This document shows positions 41,660 through 51,568 of a stretch of DNA of 64,000 bases, in pieces. This DNA is from Desulfobacterales bacterium (GTDB lineage Bacteria > Desulfobacterota > Desulfobacteria > Desulfobacterales > JAAELO01). The notes below the pieces were generated by a model, which searched no databases, had not been told where the DNA came from, and saw nothing but the letters and a program-made list of their open reading frames with translations. The stretch is from contig JAAELO010000508.1 of the NCBI GenBank assembly GCA_024226555.1, forward strand, positions 43,279-107,278, read 5' to 3'. How positions within the stretch are numbered: the first letter of the stretch is position 1; the number at the start of each line of letters is the position of its first letter. A program made the translations under genes and the position numbers.

Positions 41660-42460
41660 GTGAAAACTAAAATTTTCTTTCTTATATTTCTATTTCTACC
41701 ATCAGGCCTCCTTGCTGGTGATATAACTCTTTTTTTCCAGAATGGCACTGAAAAAGTTATTAAAACTGACGATCAAATAATTCGATTTGACAATATGAAT
41801 ATTGTCAAAATTTCAGGTCTTGAGAATTTCAAATCTATAAAATCACTATCCCTTAGAGGAAATAAAATATCAGAAATTGGTTTCTTAAACTCTGTTAATA
41901 ACATTGAGAAAATTGACCTTTCCCATAATAATATTAATATAATAACCTCCCTTAATATCAAAGGTCTGAAAGTTCTAAATCTTTCTTATAACAGAATCAG
42001 GAAAATTGAGGGCTTGGATAATCTATCAAATGTAATTGAGTTAAATTTACAATCTAACAGACTCAAAAAAATTGAAAATCTTTCCCATTTAACAAGACTA
42101 AAATCCCTTAACCTTATATATAATATGATAAAAAAAATTGAAGGACTCGAAAATTTAAGATTACTTTATACCCTTCAATTAAGTTCAAATAAAATCACTA
42201 AAATTGATGGTTTAAAAAACTGCGTTGAACTTTCCAACCTTCTTCTTGATAGAAACAGAATTACCAAAATCGAAAACATCAATCATCTTTATAAACTTAT
42301 AAATCTTTCTCTTATTTTTAATAAAATTAGAAAAATTGAAAATATCAATAAACTAACCCAACTAAGACATCTTTCCCTAAGAAATAACAGGATCAGAAAA
42401 AAAGAAGGTGTTGAAAAGCTATATAACCTTCAACACTTTGATCTGAATTACTTAATGTAA
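41660..42460 (+). CDS. secreted leucine-rich-repeat protein (about ten 22-residue SDS22-like LRRs)
   Basis: GTG start; signal peptide MKTKIFFLIFLFLPSGLLAG; periodic LxxLxLxxNxIxKIEGLxNL units. Confidence 0.85.
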   Translation: MKTKIFFLIFLFLPSGLLAGDITLFFQNGTEKVIKTDDQIIRFDNMNIVKISGLENFKSIKSLSLRGNKISEIGFLNSVNNIEKIDLSHNNINIITSLNIKGLKVLNLSYNRIRKIEGLDNLSNVIELNLQSNRLKKIENLSHLTRLKSLNLIYNMIKKIEGLENLRLLYTLQLSSNKITKIDGLKNCVELSNLLLDRNRITKIENINHLYKLINLSLIFNKIRKIENINKLTQLRHLSLRNNRIRKKEGVEKLYNLQHFDLNYLM

Positions 42461-42525
42461 TTGTTTTTTAAGGCCCATCCTGAAAAAAATCTTTATTTTT
42501 GAGTTGTCTTCAAATTTAAATCAAA

Positions 42526-42545
42526 GGGAATCTCTAAAATTATTT
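42526..42545 (+). repeat. solo element terminus (GGGAATCTCTAAAATTATTT)
   Basis: Matches the element end for about 12 nt. It lies 55 bp upstream of the next full copy. Confidence 0.4.
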
Positions 42546-42600
42546 GGTTGGAATACATAATAATTTCATTTATAATCAGTATTATTACCTCAAATGTTTA

Positions 42601-42761
42601 GGAAAACTATAATAACTGTTCTTTTGAACAAATACTGCGTTTTTCGAAAATGGAATTACCTTTAAAACGTAGGCAATTTTTTCTCATGCAGAGATTTTAT
42701 AAAACTGAAAGCTTTTATAAACGTTGAATTTGAAACAAAACTCCAATTATTAGAGGTTCCC
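42601..42761 (+). mobile_element. MITE-like element copy (161 bp)
   Basis: GGAAAACTATAATAACTGTTCTTTTGAAC ... CCAATTATTAGAGGTTCCC. Flanked by TTTA (42597-42600) and TTTA (42762-42765). Confidence 0.85.
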
Positions 42762-42832
42762 TTTAAATAATTAATTTAGCTTTCGCTTGAATCTACGTTG
42801 ATAAACATTTCCAACCTTAACGGGGATGCAAA

Positions 42833-44863
42833 ATGGGACAAATTCTTGAAGATATATCAAAAAACAGAGAGTTTTTCGTAAGCTATAACATAAATAGAAT
42901 GCGTGAGCTGATAAGATATCTATCAACAAAAAAATTTAATCTATTCCACACCGTTCCTTTTCTTCTCCATGTAAACTCACCTGAGTTTGCAGGTTTTGTT
43001 CACGATGCAAAAACATTTGGAATTTCTAATTTTGAGGAAACAAACTTCTGGAAAATCACTATAAAATCAAACAATTTAACTGGAGAAAAGATAAGACCCT
43101 ATCTCGCTGAAAAAAATGCAATCCGTGCAATATATTTAATGGGGAGTACCGGAACACTTGCACAAGGACATGTTTCAGATTTTGATTACTGGGTGCTGAT
43201 AGATGAGTCGATAAATGAACCTGAAGCATTAAAAGAGCTTTCAATGAAACTACACTTAATTGAGAAATGGTGCAAAGACAAATTTAACCAGGAAATTCAT
43301 TTTTTCGCAATGTATCCTGAGCAGATTAGGCAAAATAATTATTCACAAGTATCCGATGAAAGCTGTGGAACCGCTCAAAAAACAATATTAAAAGAGGAAT
43401 TTTACAGAACTTTTATTGTCATTGCAGGACAAATCCCCTTTTGGTCAGTATTAAAAGGAGAGGTAAGTGATGCAGCTTACGATGCTTTTTTTAAAAAAGG
43501 TCTTGAAGAGAACTTTGATTACATCAACAGAAATTTCGTAGATCTTGGTAATCTCACAAATATAAACAAGGAGGAGTGCCCTGGTGCTATCCTTTGGCAA
43601 ATAAACAAATCACTTAGTAATCCTGCGAAATCACTTGTAAAATCAGCTCTTATAACTTACTACAGTTTTATTACAGAAAATAAAGAGCTTCCATGTAACA
43701 TTGTAAAAAGGAAATATTCAGATCGTTTCCTTGATGATCACCTGGCAGATCCTTATACAATAATATTTGAAAAAATTCTTGAACTTCTCAAGAAAAATCG
43801 AATGACCGAACTTTCAGATATTATTAAAGAGTGTATTTTCTTACAGCTATGTGGTTTCCCCATAGTTTCAGAACCTGATGCAGAAACTCCCAAACATAAA
43901 CTGCTTCTAAGTTATGTCAGGAGATGGAAATGGAGTACAGCTAAAATCAGACATTTCATGCTATACGCCGCCTGGGCAGAAACTAAAAAAAGGAAATATG
44001 AACAAAAAATAGTAAACTCACTTTTAGATCTTTATGAACTTGTTATAAATGCTAATAAGAAATCATCAAAACTATATGATATTAATATGTCAGATCTTAA
44101 AATCCTGAAAAACAGAATTGCAAGATATTACCAGAAAAAACCTGGGAAAATCCCAAATTGTTCAACATATTTAAGAGCTCAGACAGGAAAAGAATCTCTA
44201 CTTATATCCTGTGAAGCTGATCAATATATGGGTGACATTTGGGCCGTTTATGGTTCATATCATACAAGCAAGGACAAAGAACAAGCTATTCTGTTTAATG
44301 GACCTGAACTATTAAAAATTATTGGCTGGATTATCAAGAACAACATCTATTCAAGAAGAAAAACATCTCTCTTTTTTAGTAGTGCTGAATCAAAGATGCT
44401 CTCAAGGAGCGCCAAAGGACTTTTCTTTGAAGTGGTTGATTTTCTATCAGACACACCCCATGATTACAGTTTAACAGAGTCGATGCCAGTATGGGATAAA
44501 ATAATTTTAACTCTTACATCTCAAGCCTCAGAAGATAGCAACACATTCGATCATTATGATTTTATAGTCAGAAATACCTGGGGAGAGATGTATTTTGATT
44601 CTGTTGACCTCTCTCACATAACAGATGAACAGATTAAAAGTCAGAAAATTGCAGAAACCATTTGGACTTACATGAAACAAACCCCGGAATTTAATCTGGA
44701 TTTTATATTTACTCATCCTGGCCTGAATTATGACAGGGATCTTAGAAATATGATCCTAAAGGATATTATTCTTCTCAGAGACCAGCATAAACACGAAGAG
44801 GTGGATATCGATATTGATGAAGACGATGATGATGAAAATTCTCTGTTTCTTGATCTCGTATAA
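42833..44863 (+). CDS. cyaA: class I adenylate cyclase (CyaA-type catalytic domain, short C-terminal region)
   Basis: LMGSTGTLAQGHVSDFDYWVL, ESCGTAQKTILKEEFYRTFIVIAGQIPFW and VDLGNLTNINKEECPGAILWQINKSLSNPAKS parallel E. coli CyaA blocks (MGSTSSVGQSCSSDLDIWV, EDCGSTQHILLLDEFYRT, ASLWQLYKSIDSPYKA), recalled from memory. Confidence 0.85.
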   Translation: MGQILEDISKNREFFVSYNINRMRELIRYLSTKKFNLFHTVPFLLHVNSPEFAGFVHDAKTFGISNFEETNFWKITIKSNNLTGEKIRPYLAEKNAIRAIYLMGSTGTLAQGHVSDFDYWVLIDESINEPEALKELSMKLHLIEKWCKDKFNQEIHFFAMYPEQIRQNNYSQVSDESCGTAQKTILKEEFYRTFIVIAGQIPFWSVLKGEVSDAAYDAFFKKGLEENFDYINRNFVDLGNLTNINKEECPGAILWQINKSLSNPAKSLVKSALITYYSFITENKELPCNIVKRKYSDRFLDDHLADPYTIIFEKILELLKKNRMTELSDIIKECIFLQLCGFPIVSEPDAETPKHKLLLSYVRRWKWSTAKIRHFMLYAAWAETKKRKYEQKIVNSLLDLYELVINANKKSSKLYDINMSDLKILKNRIARYYQKKPGKIPNCSTYLRAQTGKESLLISCEADQYMGDIWAVYGSYHTSKDKEQAILFNGPELLKIIGWIIKNNIYSRRKTSLFFSSAESKMLSRSAKGLFFEVVDFLSDTPHDYSLTESMPVWDKIILTLTSQASEDSNTFDHYDFIVRNTWGEMYFDSVDLSHITDEQIKSQKIAETIWTYMKQTPEFNLDFIFTHPGLNYDRDLRNMILKDIILLRDQHKHEEVDIDIDEDDDDENSLFLDLV

Positions 44864-44939
44864 TCTGTTAATATATTAATTGAAATTTCTCTTTAAATTC
44901 AACTACACAATAATAAATATTTCCAGTTGGTATTCTGAT

Positions 44940-45953
44940 ATGAAAAAAAAGAAAAAAATTCTTCTTGTTGATGACAACACAGACTCTCTTCGTGAAATGA
45001 GAAGTTTACTTAACTCGATCTCTTTTAAAGATATATTTCTCACGGATTCAATTGATAAAGCCTGGGTAATTGTTAATAAAAAACAGATCGATTGTGTAAT
45101 ATGCACATGGGAAATGACTGCGATGTCTGGTCTATCCTTGTTAAGAAGCATACGAAATGAGGACAACTTTTTCAATCTTCCTTTTTTTCTGTCCCATCAT
45201 GCATTTACTAAGATAAAAGTTATTCAGGCAGGTCACAGTGGAGTTACTGGCCTTTTTGTTAAACCTTATAGTGCCAACAATGTTAAACAAAAACTCCTAA
45301 AACTTCCTGCACAATATAACATTCCTGAACCCACATATGAAAATGACATGCTTGAAAAGGGTAAGAAATTTGCTGAAAGTGGAAGTTTCGAAAAAGCAAT
45401 CAGTGTTCTTGATACTCTTTTGGAAAATGGCGAAACAGCTGAGTTTTATTACAATAAAGGTTATATACTAACTACTGAAAACAGATTTGAAGAGGCTATA
45501 AGAGCTTTTAAAAAAGCAACTCAGTTAGACAGACTTTTTGCTAAAGCTTATCAGGAAATGGGAAAAGCTTACTTGAAATTAGGCAGGCGAAAAGAAGCTG
45601 AAAAGTATTTACAGAAAGCAGCTGATATAAATATGGAAAATGATGATATTGAAACAGCAGAAAAAATTTTAAATGATATTATGGAGATGGACCCACAAAC
45701 TGTTAATATTTATAACAGTCTGGGAGTTTTGCATAGAAAAAAGGGAAACCTGGAGTTTGCCCTTAAGCAATACATTAAAGCTTTAAAAGTACATCCCGAA
45801 GAACCATTTATTATGTACAATATTGGAAGGCTTTACCTCGATATGAATAATGCTGCTAAAGGTAAAGAGTATTTTGAGATGGCATTAAAACAAAATCCTC
45901 AGTTTAAAGAAGCGAAACAAGTGATTCGAGCTATAGAATTAGGTAGCCTATAG
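44940..45953 (+). CDS. receiver-domain (phospho-acceptor Asp replaced) plus TPR-repeat protein
   Basis: Start moved to MKKKKKILLVDDN. CVICTWEMTAMSG aligns to CheY [13 protein letters not shown], so D57 becomes T. K109 is retained in FVKPY. The C-terminal half contains TPR units. Confidence 0.75.
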   Translation: MKKKKKILLVDDNTDSLREMRSLLNSISFKDIFLTDSIDKAWVIVNKKQIDCVICTWEMTAMSGLSLLRSIRNEDNFFNLPFFLSHHAFTKIKVIQAGHSGVTGLFVKPYSANNVKQKLLKLPAQYNIPEPTYENDMLEKGKKFAESGSFEKAISVLDTLLENGETAEFYYNKGYILTTENRFEEAIRAFKKATQLDRLFAKAYQEMGKAYLKLGRRKEAEKYLQKAADINMENDDIETAEKILNDIMEMDPQTVNIYNSLGVLHRKKGNLEFALKQYIKALKVHPEEPFIMYNIGRLYLDMNNAAKGKEYFEMALKQNPQFKEAKQVIRAIELGSL

Positions 45954-46109
45954 GGAATCTCTCATAATTAGAATTTTGATTGAAATACAAGGTTGATAAA
46001 AAAACAACGAGCCGGTTCGTTTATAAAAAGTTTTTATTTTATAAAGTTTACAGTTATTTTTTTTGAAAAACGCAGTAGTTCAGTCAAAAAGCAGTTATTA
46101 GAGAATCCC
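45953..46109 (-). mobile_element. MITE-like element copy (157 bp), inverted orientation
   Basis: GGGAATCTCTCATAATTAGAATTTTGATTGAAATACAAGG ... GCAGTTATTAGAGAATCCC. Its first G is the last base of the upstream TAG stop. Flanks are TATA / TTTA. Confidence 0.8.
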
Positions 46110-46141
46110 TTTAGTTTTAAACATTTAAATCTTATAAAAAT

Positions 46142-47698
46142 ATGGCAGAAGATAAAGGAACAATGCGATCCGGGTTTGAGTTAGATCTTGTAGATCTTTC
46201 AGGTGTTGAATTGGGTTCTGAAGATGATTCTCCCAAAGTGTCCAAAAAAAGGGACAAGGAGAAAATGATAGATAACTATCTAAAAAAAATGAAATCAAAA
46301 GGTGATTTTCCGATTTTTTCCAAACAACTTGGTGATATAAACAGAATCTTATCATCTGACTATGCTTCAGCTAACGATATAGCCAATGTTATCACACAGG
46401 AATTTTCCCTAACCAACAAACTGCTTAAATTAGTCAACTCATCTTTTTATGGGAATTTTACAAGGGATGGAGATATCACCACCATTACCCAGTCTATGAT
46501 TATTGTCGGAACAAACCAGATACAAAAAGCTTCCACAAGTCTTATACACTTTGAACATCTACAAACAAACTCCCAGACAGCGGAATTAATGGATATCTCT
46601 ATTGGAACATTCTTAAGCGGAATGATAGCAAAAGATATCGTGTCACAAAAAGTAAAAAAAATTGACCCTGAAGAGGCTTTTATCTGCTCAATGTTTCATA
46701 ATCTTGGTTTACATCTTGTAATGTTTTATAACTATGATGATTTTGAAAAAATTAAAAAACGTGTGGAACTTGGTAATGATAGAAAAACTGCATCCAGAGA
46801 AGTTCTTGGCATTTCTTATGAAGAATTAGGTCTAGGAGTAGCTAAGAAATGGGGGCTTCCCGATTATATCGTTCAAAGTATGGAAAGATCAAAGGTATTT
46901 GAAAACGATCAAAAAACCTCGAGCAGAACAAAAAAAGACTGGCTCTTAAACATCTCTTTTTGTGCCAATGAACTTTGCAGAGCTGTAAGTGAAGAATCCG
47001 AAATAACATTTAGCGCAGTTGTTAAAAGATTCAGAACTGTATTTCAACTCCCGGAAAAAAAAACAAAAGAACTTGTTGAATCTGCGTTTAATAAAATCAT
47101 AAAACACTCATCCACTCTTAATATCGATGTCAACAAAAGTAATCTGCTAAGCAGGGTTAAATCTCTTATTGCAAACGAAAAAAGCAAACCAAACAAAAAA
47201 GTTATATTTGATGGCATTCACAAAATTTCAGAGACGATTCAAAGCCCTGACTATACTTATCATATGGTTTTAGCTGATATAATTGACATAATGTATGAAG
47301 GTTTTAAATATGATAGAGTTCTTATCTGCATAAAAGATATTAAAACAGAAGAGTTTGTTTGCAGATATGGAAAAGGTAATGATTTTTTAGACCTTCTCAA
47401 CAGTTTCAGATTTAGAATAGATAATACCAAATCTATTTTTAATATCACATTGGAGAGACAAAGAGATATAGTGATAACTGATCTCAAGGAAAGCGGATAT
47501 GGTGATAAGATCCCTGAATGGTTTCAAAACATTATAAAAACCAATACTTTTGTGCTGTACCCTATCGTAATTCAAGGTGTACCTGCAGGGCTTTTTTATG
47601 CAGATACAATGTATAAATCCATATTAGACAGTAATATTCAAAAACATATGAAAACATTAAGAGACTTGGCCCTTAGGGCCATAAAGCAAAGAATTTAA
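46142..47698 (+). CDS. HDOD domain signalling protein with a C-terminal GAF-like domain
   Basis: DFPIFSKQLGDINRIL..ANDIANVITQEFSLTNKLLKLVNSSFYG and FHNLG are HDOD hallmarks. Confidence 0.75.
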   Translation: MAEDKGTMRSGFELDLVDLSGVELGSEDDSPKVSKKRDKEKMIDNYLKKMKSKGDFPIFSKQLGDINRILSSDYASANDIANVITQEFSLTNKLLKLVNSSFYGNFTRDGDITTITQSMIIVGTNQIQKASTSLIHFEHLQTNSQTAELMDISIGTFLSGMIAKDIVSQKVKKIDPEEAFICSMFHNLGLHLVMFYNYDDFEKIKKRVELGNDRKTASREVLGISYEELGLGVAKKWGLPDYIVQSMERSKVFENDQKTSSRTKKDWLLNISFCANELCRAVSEESEITFSAVVKRFRTVFQLPEKKTKELVESAFNKIIKHSSTLNIDVNKSNLLSRVKSLIANEKSKPNKKVIFDGIHKISETIQSPDYTYHMVLADIIDIMYEGFKYDRVLICIKDIKTEEFVCRYGKGNDFLDLLNSFRFRIDNTKSIFNITLERQRDIVITDLKESGYGDKIPEWFQNIIKTNTFVLYPIVIQGVPAGLFYADTMYKSILDSNIQKHMKTLRDLALRAIKQRI

Positions 47699-47795
47699 TA
47701 TGAACATAATCAAGTTTCATTTTTTTTGCCAATTAATTATTAATCTGTCATAATATGTTTTAGTTTTAAAACATCAACTGGTATTGGAATTTTTT

Positions 47796-48986
47796 ATGGA
47801 TCCTTATAGCAATAAAAAAAGCACATCAAACTCCCCTTTTTTTAACAGTAAGATCATCTGCCCAATATGTGGAGTTCCCTCTACGCAAAGAACTATAAAA
47901 CCTTCATACTACACTGAACAAGAGGTTGATATAATATTAAGACCAACAAAAGTAAAATGGCTTAAAAAAGATATAGCGAAAGAGGATAAAAGACAGCCAA
48001 GACTTTTTTATATGAGGCATTGTATTTTCTGTAAATTCACTGCTGCTGATAATAATTATGAAAACCCGGTTGAAAATTATGATATCAGTACAGGAAAATT
48101 CCAGAAAAAAATGAAGTTTTTACAGGAGAAAAGTGCTAATTTTAAACAGATAGTGACAATTCTATCCCAGGGAGTGAATGTTCTTCAACCTGATTATTTT
48201 CAAGCAGTAAGACTTCACCTTTTAGCTCCATTCCAACTTCAGCTTATTGAGGAAGTTGGAAAAAAAGATGCTTTCAATATTGCTAGATATTACCTTAGGC
48301 TTGCATGGTTATTCATTGATCTTGAAGAGAGTGAAGACCTTTACCACAAATATATTCCAAAAATAAACAAACTTACACAGATTTTAAGAAAAAACTGGAA
48401 AAAAGTTCCATCAAATTCAGAGGAAGCACTCTTATTAGCAAAACACTACTACAATACAACTCTTATAAAATCCAGACTTATAAAATCAGACCTTGAGGAG
48501 ATACGATTACTTCTGCTTATGTGTAGAGTTACCATAAAACTTGAAGATGTTAAAGATTCCCATAAGTTTCTTTTTGGTTCAATAGAAAAATCAAGGATGT
48601 TTGAGAGAAGAAGAAAAGGAATGGTTGCTCAGGTAAATTATGACGAGCAAGAGCTTAAAAAGGAAAAAAAGATCAGCTTTAATGCTGGAGCAAAGAGATC
48701 TGCTGCCGAGAAGGAGGTTGCTAAAATGGCTGTGGATTTTAGAAGAATGAATGTGATGATTAGAGAAGTGCAAAATCTTTACGATGACTTCAGGGAAGAA
48801 TATGATGAGAAACAAATGAGAAAAGCTAAAAATATGCTCTCTCGAATTGATACTGAAAGAAAAACCCAGCAAGAACTTAGAAAATATCTTGTAACTAAGG
48901 GAATTGATGATAGAGTTGCCTGGAGAGTGGCACCAGATAAAAAAAAGAAAGGTATTCTGAGTATCTTCAAACGTAAGGAAAAGTAA
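47796..48986 (+). CDS. DUF2225-like protein (N-terminal zinc ribbon, helical C-terminal region)
   Basis: CPICGVPSTQRTIKPSYY ... MRHCIFCKFTA Cys pairs. Start taken at ATG (MDPYS). Confidence 0.55.
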   Translation: MDPYSNKKSTSNSPFFNSKIICPICGVPSTQRTIKPSYYTEQEVDIILRPTKVKWLKKDIAKEDKRQPRLFYMRHCIFCKFTAADNNYENPVENYDISTGKFQKKMKFLQEKSANFKQIVTILSQGVNVLQPDYFQAVRLHLLAPFQLQLIEEVGKKDAFNIARYYLRLAWLFIDLEESEDLYHKYIPKINKLTQILRKNWKKVPSNSEEALLLAKHYYNTTLIKSRLIKSDLEEIRLLLLMCRVTIKLEDVKDSHKFLFGSIEKSRMFERRRKGMVAQVNYDEQELKKEKKISFNAGAKRSAAEKEVAKMAVDFRRMNVMIREVQNLYDDFREEYDEKQMRKAKNMLSRIDTERKTQQELRKYLVTKGIDDRVAWRVAPDKKKKGILSIFKRKEK

Positions 48987-48987
48987 A

Positions 48988-49863
48988 CTGATAATTAGTG
49001 TAAGTAGAAGAACTGATATACCTGCTTTTTTTGGAAAGTGGTTTGAAGAGAGAATTAAATCCGGTTTTTTCACAAGTATTAATCCCTTTAATCCCAATCA
49101 GAAGAAGATGGTGAGCTTAAAAACAGGTGATGTGGAGGCATTTGTCTTCTGGTCTAAAAACCCCGGACCTTTTTTCAAACATTTGAACCTTTTGGAAAAT
49201 CATAGTTTTTACTTCCAATACACCTTAAATAATTATCCTGATTTTCTGGAACCAGGTTTACCTATTTTTGATAAGAGAGTTCATACTTTTAAAAATCTTG
49301 TTGACCTTACCTCAAAAGAAAGAGTTGTTTTGAGATACGACCCTATAATTTTAACAAATAATATGAATATCTCTTTCCACCTTGAAAACATACATAGAAC
49401 TTTAGAACTGCTTTCAGGATACACTGAAAGGCTTATGATCAGTTTTATGACACCTTATAAAAAGGTTCAAAGAAAACTCGCGAAACTTGAGAGTCAAAAT
49501 GATTTTTTAATTAAGACTCCTGAATTGGATGAAATTAAAGATTTTTCAGTTAAATTGGGTAAAATTTGTAAACTTTACAAAATCAAAGTGTATTCATGTG
49601 CAAATAATATGTTTGAAAAAAGTTCAATTAAAAAAGGAAGTTGTATAGATAAAGATCTTATAAATTCTATAAAAGGCTCAGATATTAATTTCAAATACGA
49701 CCCAGGTCAGAGAGATGGGTGTGGATGTGTAAAATCTATCGATATGGGTGTTTATAATACATGTTCATTCCATTGTTCGTATTGTTATGCAAATCATAGC
49801 AAAAGCAGTGTTTCAAAAAATCTAAAAAAATATAACATATCAAATAAATCCCTGCTTTTATAA
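48988..49863 (+). CDS. DUF1848 family protein; start extended upstream to a non-canonical codon
   Basis: Track ORF starts at ATG 49108. The 40 in-frame codons upstream read (L)IISVSRRTDIPAFFGKWFEERIKSGFFTSINPFNPNQKK, matching the conserved DUF1848 N-terminus (MIISASRRTDIPAFY.., from memory). An in-frame TGA lies at 48958-48960. C-terminal cluster: GCGCVKSIDMGVYNTCSFHCSYCYAN. Confidence 0.65.
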   Translation: MIISVSRRTDIPAFFGKWFEERIKSGFFTSINPFNPNQKKMVSLKTGDVEAFVFWSKNPGPFFKHLNLLENHSFYFQYTLNNYPDFLEPGLPIFDKRVHTFKNLVDLTSKERVVLRYDPIILTNNMNISFHLENIHRTLELLSGYTERLMISFMTPYKKVQRKLAKLESQNDFLIKTPELDEIKDFSVKLGKICKLYKIKVYSCANNMFEKSSIKKGSCIDKDLINSIKGSDINFKYDPGQRDGCGCVKSIDMGVYNTCSFHCSYCYANHSKSSVSKNLKKYNISNKSLLL

Positions 49864-50040
49864 AAAATATTTCAGAATTTAAAAACTGCAATTTTAAATT
49901 TACAAATAATTTTTCCTACACTCTTTTATTAAAATAAAGTGTATGATACAAAATTATGCAAGGTAACTGAAAAAAATTGATAATTCTCTATTTTATAAGG
50001 GTTTAATCATAGAAAATATTAAGAAAAGGAATAAATATAT

Positions 50041-51324
50041 ATGAATACAGATAGATCCAAACAACTATTCGAATCAGCCAAAAATGTTATACCTGGTGGA
50101 GTTAATAGCCCCGTTAGGGCATGTAAATCTGTGGGAACAGATCCTTTGTTTATCGAAGAAGCAAGTGGACCAACAATCACTGATGCGGATGGAAACAGTT
50201 ACATTGATTATGTTGGGTCCTGGGGGCCAATGATTTTAGGCCATAACCACCCTTTTGTAACGGAAGCACTTCAAGGTGTTCTATCAAGAGGGACAAGCTT
50301 TGGTGCTCCAACAGATCTTGAAACAGAGCTTTCAGAGATAGTTATAGATATGGTTCCATCTATTGAGATGGTTAGAATGGTTAATTCAGGTACAGAAGCA
50401 ACAATGAGCGCCATTAGGCTCGCAAGGGGAGTAACTGGCAGAGATAAGATAATAAAATTCGATGGATGTTATCACGGTCATGCTGATTCTTTACTTGTGG
50501 AAGCAGGATCTGGAATAGCAACACTAAATATTCCTGGGAGCCCGGGGGTTCCGGAATCTTTTGTTAAACATACGCTATCACTCCCATACAACGATATTAA
50601 ATGTGTAAAAAAGGTTATGGATGAAGAGGGGGATAAAATTGCCTGTATAATTTTAGAACCTGTTGCCGGGAATATGGGGATGATTCCTCCAGCTAAAGGT
50701 TTCCTTGAGGCACTTCGGGAATTAACTGAAAAATATGGAGCTCTTTTAATATTTGATGAAGTTATGACTGGATTCAGAGTAGCTAAAGGATGCGCCCAGG
50801 AGCTTTTTAATATCTCTCCGGATCTTACCTGTTTAGGTAAAATAATTGGTGGTGGTCTTCCTGTTGGAGCTTATGGTGGAAAGAAGAAGTTTATGGAACA
50901 AATGGCTCCCGTTGGCCCTGTTTATCAGGCAGGAACTCTCTCTGGAAACCCACTTGCAATGACAGCAGGTATTGCAACTTTAACAAAGGTTAAAGAGGAT
51001 GGATTTTACGATGAACTGAATAAAAAAGCTGAATATCTTGTTAAAGGCCTGAAAAAATCTTTGGAAGAAAATGATATTAAAGGAAGTGTTGGTAGAGTTG
51101 GATCAATGTTTGGTTTATTTTTTACAGATCAGAATGTTTCAGATTTTGCATCTGCGAAAACAAGTGACCTGGACAGATTTTCTAAATACTACAAAGGAAT
51201 GTTAAATGAAGGTATTTATCTTGCTCCTTCTCAATTTGAAGCAGGTTTTGTTTCAGCAGCCCATACTTATGAAGATCTTGATAAAACAATTGAAGCAGCA
51301 TCTAAAGTTATGAAATCTCTTTAG
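50041..51324 (+). CDS. hemL: glutamate-1-semialdehyde 2,1-aminomutase
   Basis: [48 protein letters not shown]. Confidence 0.95.
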   Translation: MNTDRSKQLFESAKNVIPGGVNSPVRACKSVGTDPLFIEEASGPTITDADGNSYIDYVGSWGPMILGHNHPFVTEALQGVLSRGTSFGAPTDLETELSEIVIDMVPSIEMVRMVNSGTEATMSAIRLARGVTGRDKIIKFDGCYHGHADSLLVEAGSGIATLNIPGSPGVPESFVKHTLSLPYNDIKCVKKVMDEEGDKIACIILEPVAGNMGMIPPAKGFLEALRELTEKYGALLIFDEVMTGFRVAKGCAQELFNISPDLTCLGKIIGGGLPVGAYGGKKKFMEQMAPVGPVYQAGTLSGNPLAMTAGIATLTKVKEDGFYDELNKKAEYLVKGLKKSLEENDIKGSVGRVGSMFGLFFTDQNVSDFASAKTSDLDRFSKYYKGMLNEGIYLAPSQFEAGFVSAAHTYEDLDKTIEAASKVMKSL

Positions 51325-51349
51325 TTTTGTTTTTTTCTCTTCAAATAAA

Positions 51350-51514
51350 GGGAACCTCTAATAATTAGAATTTTGGATGAAATACAAGGTTTGATAAAAA
51401 ATAACGAGCCGATTTTATTACAGTTCTTTTTAGAAATATACTCCGTTGTTTTGTTTTTATTCTTTTTAAAACAACTTAAGTATTTAGCCAAAAGATCAGT
51501 TATTAGAGACTCCC
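51350..51514 (-). mobile_element. MITE-like element copy (165 bp), inverted orientation
   Basis: GGGAACCTCTAATAATTAGAATTTTGGATGAAATACAAGG ... TCAGTTATTAGAGACTCCC. Flanked by TAAA (51346-51349) and TAAA (51515-51518). Confidence 0.85.
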
Positions 51515-51568
51515 TAAAGAAGTATATTTATCATTATACTTCTTTTTCGACTTAAATGAGGTATCCTT

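Noticed and set aside
45993-46184. Track ORFs lying inside repeat elements (45993..46184, 51373..51555, 58597..58788, 36474..36743)
   Set aside because: They are read-throughs of the MITE-like copies. The frames differ between copies and the peptides are not conserved from copy to copy.
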